From Coriobacteriales bacterium (lineage in GTDB: Bacteria > Actinomycetota > Coriobacteriia > Coriobacteriales > UMGS124): a DNA stretch of 64,000 bases. The notes under the pieces were generated by a model. It was not told the origin of the DNA and made no database searches. It saw only the letters and a program-made list of their open reading frames with translations. Shown here piece after piece: positions 59,216 to 64,000 of the stretch. Numbering within the stretch: the first letter of the stretch is position 1; the number at the start of each line of letters is the position of its first letter. Location of the stretch: assembly GCA_048173955.1 (NCBI GenBank), contig DBEYOB010000022.1, positions 7,048 through 71,047 on the forward strand, given 5' to 3'. Both the position numbers and the translations under genes were made by a program.

Positions 59216-60985
59216 CTACTCGAAGAGCGCCTTCAGCTTCTCGAAGAAGGTCCGGTCGTCCGGCGAAGCGGCGGCGTCCCCCTGCTGCGCCGCCTCGTCC
59301 TCCTCGGGCGCCTCGATGGCCTCGGTCATGATCACGAACTGGACGGTGCCGATGTTGTCGCTGCTCCCGTTCACGAAGTCGACCATCGTGAAGTCGGGGT
59401 TGAGGTAGGTGTCGAGCTGCTCGGCCGCCGCGTCGGCGATCTTGCCGTCGAGGCCTTCGGTCTGGTCGGCGAGCTCCTGGGTCCCGTCGGCGAGGCTCGA
59501 CGCGCCGTCGGAGAGCTTCCGGGCGCCCCGCTGCAGCTCGGCGGCGCCCGCCGTGTAGTCCGCGATGCCCTGGTCGAGGTCGCCGCAGCCGGTGTCGAGG
59601 GCGGCGAGGCCGTCCGAGAGCTCCTGGGCCGCGTCGCGCAGGGCGTAGACGCTCGCGTCGCCCTCCTTGTCCACGAGGCTCTGAATGCCCGCGTCGATGT
59701 CGGCGTAGCCGCTCGCCGCCCCGTCGAGCGCGTCGGCCGCCGACTGGTAGCCCGAGACGGTCGCCTGCGCGGTCACGAAGTCGGTCAGGGCCTGCTGCAT
59801 GGCGGCCTGCGCGGCGGTCGCCGTCTCGTCGGCGGCGGGGTCGACCCCGTTGAGGGTGCACTGCACATAGGCGCCGATGTAGTTCTGCAGCGCGGTCTCA
59901 TAGGCCGCCTGCGCCGCCGCGACGTCGACGGAGCCCGCCGCGGCTCGGGCGTCGGAGGCCTGGCCCGCGAGCGAGGAGCTGTAGGTCGTCGAGCCGGAAG
60001 CGAGGGTCTCGGCGCCGCCGACCAGATCGTCCGAGACGGCGGAGGCGAGCTCGGACGCCCCGCTGCTCGCGTCGGAGACGCCCTGCGCGACGTCCGACGA
60101 CCCCTTGGTCAGGCCTTCGCTCGACGCCGCGAGCGCGTCGGCGCCGTCGGCGAGCTCGGACGCCCGGTCGCGCACATCGGCGGCGCCCGCGTTCGTATCG
60201 GCGATGGCGTCGGTCAGCCTGTCGATGTCGGCGTTGTCACCCATGACCTGCTGGGCGTCCACGTCGATCGAGAGCGCGAGCGGGATGCCGACGATCTGCC
60301 ATCCGTCGAACGAGAAGTCCTCCACGTCGGCGTCGACCACGAACGTGGCCTCCTTGCCCGGCATGACCATGTAGGTGAGCTGGATGTCGGAGCCGGCCCG
60401 GGCGATGCTCGCGTCGGGCGCCTCGACGTTCTCGGCGCTGTCGCCGTCCAGGGATGCGGTCACCTGGAGCAGGTAGTTGTCCACGTAGGTCGCGAGCTTC
60501 GCCGACTCGGCGGCGTGCTTGCTCGGCTTGACGTCGAGCACCATGGTCAGCCTGCCCTCGGCCCCCGCGAGCTCCTCGGGGTCGACCTCCTCGCCGTCGA
60601 GGAAGTAGGTTGCGGCGACCTCCCAGGGCAGCTCCGTGGTCGCCGAGAGGTCCCCGCGGTAGTAGAACGTCTCGTCCTCCGCCACCTCGAAGGCCACCTC
60701 GCCGCGCGCCGAGTCGAGCGGGCGCTGGTCGGTGAGGTTTTCGACCTGCCGGTAGTCCGCCTCCTCGGTGAGGGTCCCGTCTTCGTTCGCGTCGACCTCG
60801 TTCACCACGTAGACGCCCTGCGTGTCGCCCTCCGCGTCGGTCTTGACGTAGACGACCTCGTTCTTCTCGTAGTCGGAGACCCCGTCGTCGGAGGTCGCCG
60901 CCCAGGCCGTGAGCGGGGCCAGAGCCGCCAGAAGTCCCGCGCACACCGCGAGGTTGCGGGCGAAGCCCCTATGCATGGTGTTCAT
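59216..60985 (-). CDS. Secreted YhgE/Pip-like protein with X-X-X-Leu-X-X-Gly heptad-repeat region
   Basis: Sec-type signal MNTMHRGFARNLAVCAGLLAALAPLTAWA. The central ~300 aa are Ala/Asp/Gly/Ser-rich with recurrent ..ELADGADAL.., ..ELSDGLAAL.., ..KLSDGASSLADGTQELADQ.. heptads. The start overlaps the MMPL stop by 17 nt. Confidence 0.7.
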   Translation of the reverse strand: MNTMHRGFARNLAVCAGLLAALAPLTAWAATSDDGVSDYEKNEVVYVKTDAEGDTQGVYVVNEVDANEDGTLTEEADYRQVENLTDQRPLDSARGEVAFEVAEDETFYYRGDLSATTELPWEVAATYFLDGEEVDPEELAGAEGRLTMVLDVKPSKHAAESAKLATYVDNYLLQVTASLDGDSAENVEAPDASIARAGSDIQLTYMVMPGKEATFVVDADVEDFSFDGWQIVGIPLALSIDVDAQQVMGDNADIDRLTDAIADTNAGAADVRDRASELADGADALAASSEGLTKGSSDVAQGVSDASSGASELASAVSDDLVGGAETLASGSTTYSSSLAGQASDARAAAGSVDVAAAQAAYETALQNYIGAYVQCTLNGVDPAADETATAAQAAMQQALTDFVTAQATVSGYQSAADALDGAASGYADIDAGIQSLVDKEGDASVYALRDAAQELSDGLAALDTGCGDLDQGIADYTAGAAELQRGARKLSDGASSLADGTQELADQTEGLDGKIADAAAEQLDTYLNPDFTMVDFVNGSSDNIGTVQFVIMTEAIEAPEEDEAAQQGDAAASPDDRTFFEKLKALFE

Positions 60986-63191
60986 CGTTGCCGCCTTTCT
61001 GATCGCCGTCCGGGTTGCGGTCGGCGTCCGTCGTTTTGTCGTTGCCGTCGCCGGCGGCCCGTCCGGCCGGCACCGGAAGCTCCCCGGCGGGTCCGGCATC
61101 TTCCTCGATGGGCCGCGCGTCGGGATGGTTGCTGCAGAAGTTCGCGTGCCGCGTCGTCATCCCGATGAGCCCGTCGAACAGCCACAGGTAGCCGGGGAGC
61201 ACGAAGATCACCGCCGCAAGCGACAGCAGCACGCCCGTGCACAGGAACCAGCCGAGCTGCGAGAGGAGCCCGTGGGTCGAGAACGCCCCGAGCAGCCCCG
61301 CCACCACCGCCACGACCGTGCCCGACGTCATGACGGGGACCGTCGCCACCTCGACCATGGCGCGGACCGCCTGGCCCTTGGGCAGCGTGCGGCGGAACTC
61401 CTTGTAGCGGTCGGCGAACAGGATGGCGTAGTCCACGGTGACGCCGAGCAGGATGGTGCTTGCGATGAGGTAGGAGATGTAGAACTCCGGGTTGCCCGTG
61501 AAGTAGGGGATGGAGAAGTTGAGCCAGATGGACGTCTCGATGACGAAGACCAGGATGATCGGGAGCACGAGCGAGCGGGTCGCCAGGAACAGCACCGCGA
61601 GCACGGCGGCGATGGAGGCGAGGTCGACGAGGTCCTTGTCGTGCGAGACCGTGGTCATGAGGTCGTAGGTCGACACGCCCTGGCCCGCCAAGTAATACGC
61701 GTCGGGGTAGTACTTCTGGGCGAGGGAGCGGATCTGCTCGACGAGCGCGAAGGTCTCGTCGCCCTCGTAGGGCACCTCGACGGAGACGACCAGGCGGCTG
61801 TAGTCGGGCGACTCGACCTGCTCGAGCTCGCTTGCCGAGGCCATCTCGGGAGGAATCTCCGCCCCGGCGACGTCGACGTAGGACACGACCGACTTGACGG
61901 CGGGCAGCGCCTTGAGGTCGTCGGAAAGGGCCTGCTCCGCCGCGACGTTGCCGCGCGGCACGAGCAGGGCGTAGGTGTCTCCCTCGCCGAACAGCGCGGT
62001 GATGGCGTCGGTGTCCTGGCCGACCCGCGTGTCGGACCCGTAGATGTGCGACGCGCCGTACCAGTACGAGATGCCCTCCGAGTTCGAGGCGAGGTAGGCG
62101 GGGATGCACAGCAGCGCGAACGCGCATGCGAGCGGAACCATGACGTGCGCCACCAGGTTGCCCAGCGGCTTGAGGCTGCCGATGAAGGGGCGGTGGCGCG
62201 ACTTCTCGATTGCCGCGTTGCAGGTCGCGAAGACCGCCGGCACGAACGTGAAGACGGTGACCAGGCTGATGAGCATGCCCTTGGCCAGGGCGAGGCCGAG
62301 GTCGGGGCCGATCTTGAACTGCATGGCGGCCAGCGACAGGAAGCCGAACGTGATGGCGAGGCCGCTCGTGAAGATGGCCGTCGACGACTTGCACAGGGCG
62401 CTCACGATGTCGGCGCCCACACTGGCGGTCGTGCCCCGGCATTCGTGGTAGCGGTGGAGGAAGAACACCGCGAAGTCCAGCGAGATGGCGATCTGCAGAA
62501 TGGCGCCCGCCGCGTTGGTGACGAACGATATCTCGCCGAACACGAGGTTGCTGCCCGCGTTGATGAGCACCGCGACGCCGAGGCCCGCCATGACGAGGAA
62601 CGGTTCGAGCCACGATTGCGTGGTGAGGAAGAGCACGAGCATGATGACCACGATGGCGACGGCGGTGACGAGGTTGATCTCGTCGACCGTGCCGGTCGTG
62701 GCCACCGCGGTTGAGACGGCGGCCCCGTCGAGGGCGGCCCCGTCCCCGACGACCGCGCGGATGCCGTCGACGGCCTCGACCTCGCGCCCCTCCTCGACCG
62801 TCACCGAGAACAGCGCCGCGCCGTCCCGGTAGTAGGTCTCGACGGTGTCGGCGTCCTGCATCTCGATCGGCTCGCGGATGTCGACCGCGTCGTCGAGCCA
62901 CATGACGTCCTCGACGCCGTCGACCGCGGATATGGCGTCCTTGCACGCCAGCGCATCCTCGATGCCGACGTTGCGCACCATGACGCGCATGTTGGGGATG
63001 CCCCCGTCGAACTCCTCGTCCATGACGTCGATCGCCTCGGTCGAGGCGACGCCGTCGGGCAGGTAGTCGTTGAGGTCGTAGTTGACGCCGACGAGCGGTT
63101 GCAGGAACGCGCAGACGACGGCGGCGACGACGAAGAGGACGATCACCGCCTTCCGGTGTTTGACGACGCCCTTGAAGAACAGTTTGCGCAT
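60969..63191 (-). CDS. MMPL-family (RND superfamily) transporter
   Basis: 740 aa. Two blocks of about 6 TM segments are each preceded by a soluble domain. The N-terminus is MRKLFFKGVVKHRKAVIVLFVVAAVVCAFL. The C-terminal tail is acidic and Gly-rich. Confidence 0.88.
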   Translation of the reverse strand: MRKLFFKGVVKHRKAVIVLFVVAAVVCAFLQPLVGVNYDLNDYLPDGVASTEAIDVMDEEFDGGIPNMRVMVRNVGIEDALACKDAISAVDGVEDVMWLDDAVDIREPIEMQDADTVETYYRDGAALFSVTVEEGREVEAVDGIRAVVGDGAALDGAAVSTAVATTGTVDEINLVTAVAIVVIMLVLFLTTQSWLEPFLVMAGLGVAVLINAGSNLVFGEISFVTNAAGAILQIAISLDFAVFFLHRYHECRGTTASVGADIVSALCKSSTAIFTSGLAITFGFLSLAAMQFKIGPDLGLALAKGMLISLVTVFTFVPAVFATCNAAIEKSRHRPFIGSLKPLGNLVAHVMVPLACAFALLCIPAYLASNSEGISYWYGASHIYGSDTRVGQDTDAITALFGEGDTYALLVPRGNVAAEQALSDDLKALPAVKSVVSYVDVAGAEIPPEMASASELEQVESPDYSRLVVSVEVPYEGDETFALVEQIRSLAQKYYPDAYYLAGQGVSTYDLMTTVSHDKDLVDLASIAAVLAVLFLATRSLVLPIILVFVIETSIWLNFSIPYFTGNPEFYISYLIASTILLGVTVDYAILFADRYKEFRRTLPKGQAVRAMVEVATVPVMTSGTVVAVVAGLLGAFSTHGLLSQLGWFLCTGVLLSLAAVIFVLPGYLWLFDGLIGMTTRHANFCSNHPDARPIEEDAGPAGELPVPAGRAAGDGNDKTTDADRNPDGDQKGGNDEHHA

Positions 63192-63503
63192 GGGTGGCGA
63201 GCTCCTTCCGGTCGGTGCCGCACGCGGAGGTTGTCCTTTTTCGACCGGGCCCCTTGCCCCGGTGGCATGGGCGGCCTACAATCGCGTGCAACAGTACGAT
63301 AAGTAACAACTGTTGTTTTACGTAGCGGCATCCTACCCACGAAGCGGGGACGGCTCAAGCGACAAGTTGCTCGAAACGTAGCCAAAGCGACACCGCACGG
63401 CGCGGTGTTTCCCAACGTGTGGCAAAAGCGTGGATGCCTCCGAGAGGACCGAAGACCGCATGGCAGAAAAGCCGCGTGGCGGAGAAAGGCTGGTTGCGAC
63501 GGC

Positions 63504-64000
63504 ATGGCAACACAGACACCTGCGAAGCTCGACCTTCGTATCGAGAAGACCTACCGGGCGCTGTGCGAGGCGTTCACCGCGCTTCTGGAGGAGCGTCACT
63601 ACGAGGAGATCACGGTGAGCGACCTGTGTGACCGCGCCCTGATCCGCCGCACGACGTTCTACAAGCACTTCGCCGACAAGCAGGAGTTCCTCGCCTTCTA
63701 CGTGCGCCGCATCCGCGAGGAGTTCCAGCGTCGCGCCGAGCCCAAGGGCGGCTGCGAGGACATGCGCGAGCGCAGTTCGCGCATGATCCACGAGCTCATG
63801 CTGTTCCTGCGCGAGAACGACCGGCTCGTGCAGAGCTGCCTGTCGAGCAACGCGATCGAGACCATCGCGACCGTCGTGACCCACGAGGTCGCGACGCTTT
63901 TGAACGCGCAGCTGTCCGAGGAGGTGGAGCGGGGGGCTCGCCTGTGCGCCCCGGCGTCGGTGCTGGCGGCCTATGTCGCCGGCGGGCTGCTGACCACGTT
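63504..64000 (+). CDS. TetR/AcrR-family transcriptional regulator (3' end outside window)
   Basis: My own translation from ATG 63504: MATQTPAKLDLRIEKTYRALCEAFTALLEERHYEEITVSDLCDRALIRRTTFYKHFADKQEF... This is a canonical TetR N-terminal HTH. It is absent from the ORF track because there is no stop inside the window. It is divergent from the MMPL operon. Confidence 0.85.
   Translation, partial: MATQTPAKLDLRIEKTYRALCEAFTALLEERHYEEITVSDLCDRALIRRTTFYKHFADKQEFLAFYVRRIREEFQRRAEPKGGCEDMRERSSRMIHELMLFLRENDRLVQSCLSSNAIETIATVVTHEVATLLNAQLSEEVERGARLCAPASVLAAYVAGGLLTT

Noticed and set aside
57356-61168. 1270-aa plus-strand ORF, and similar long ORFs (36221..38716 minus, 9178..11805 plus, 7019..8869 minus, 10382..12025 minus, 52625..53938 minus, and others).
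   Set aside because: All are antisense or out of frame to genes with clear family motifs (thrC, YhgE-like, the reductases, LuxR, murA). Their composition is dominated by R/G/A/P/H, and they lack RBS or any recognisable domain.

Overview
This is a high-GC (about 65%) actinobacterial chromosome segment. Its gene content fits Coriobacteriia/Eggerthellaceae, but that is an inference because no database search was possible. All calls come from reading the supplied ORF translations and the nucleotide sequence by eye.

The left two thirds (about 1-43.3 kb) is accessory-looking. It holds four paralogous twin-arginine (Tat)-signal flavin reductases. Three of them carry an FMN_bind domain with an ApbE-type flavinylation motif. 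Each reductase is divergently paired with a polytopic-membrane LuxR-type regulator, and there are five such regulators in total.

The same region also contains:
- an orphan Tat-signal family-5 solute-binding protein;
- a BceRS-like two-component system split by an Rpn/PD-(D/E)XK nuclease gene, with a BceAB-like ABC exporter 5 kb away;
- a MocR-type regulator followed by an aldehyde dehydrogenase;
- a MarR/YczE-like pair;
- a flavodoxin-ferredoxin fusion;
- a phospholipase-like / UMF1-MFS / patatin cluster;
- two decayed genes: an AOR (aldehyde:ferredoxin oxidoreductase) C-terminal remnant and a frameshifted Fic-like gene.

The right third is core housekeeping: rpiB-upp-dCMP deaminase-atpIBEFHAGDC-murA, an M20 amidohydrolase coupled to an ATC (2-aminothiazoline-4-carboxylate) hydrolase-like gene, pepT and thrC. 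It ends with a TetR / MMPL / YhgE-Pip-like heptad-repeat operon.

The intergenic regions carry at least three families of repeated elements that no gene explains:
- inverted arrays of a 24-bp unit phased every 40-41 bp;
- a 120-bp MITE-like element with a perfect 14-bp terminal inverted repeat (TIR);
- a roughly 220-bp element with 35-bp inverted arms plus a module found in opposite orientations in its two copies.

I found no rRNA, tRNA, CRISPR array, transposase or phage genes. The many long ORFs antisense to real genes are treated as high-GC artefacts.
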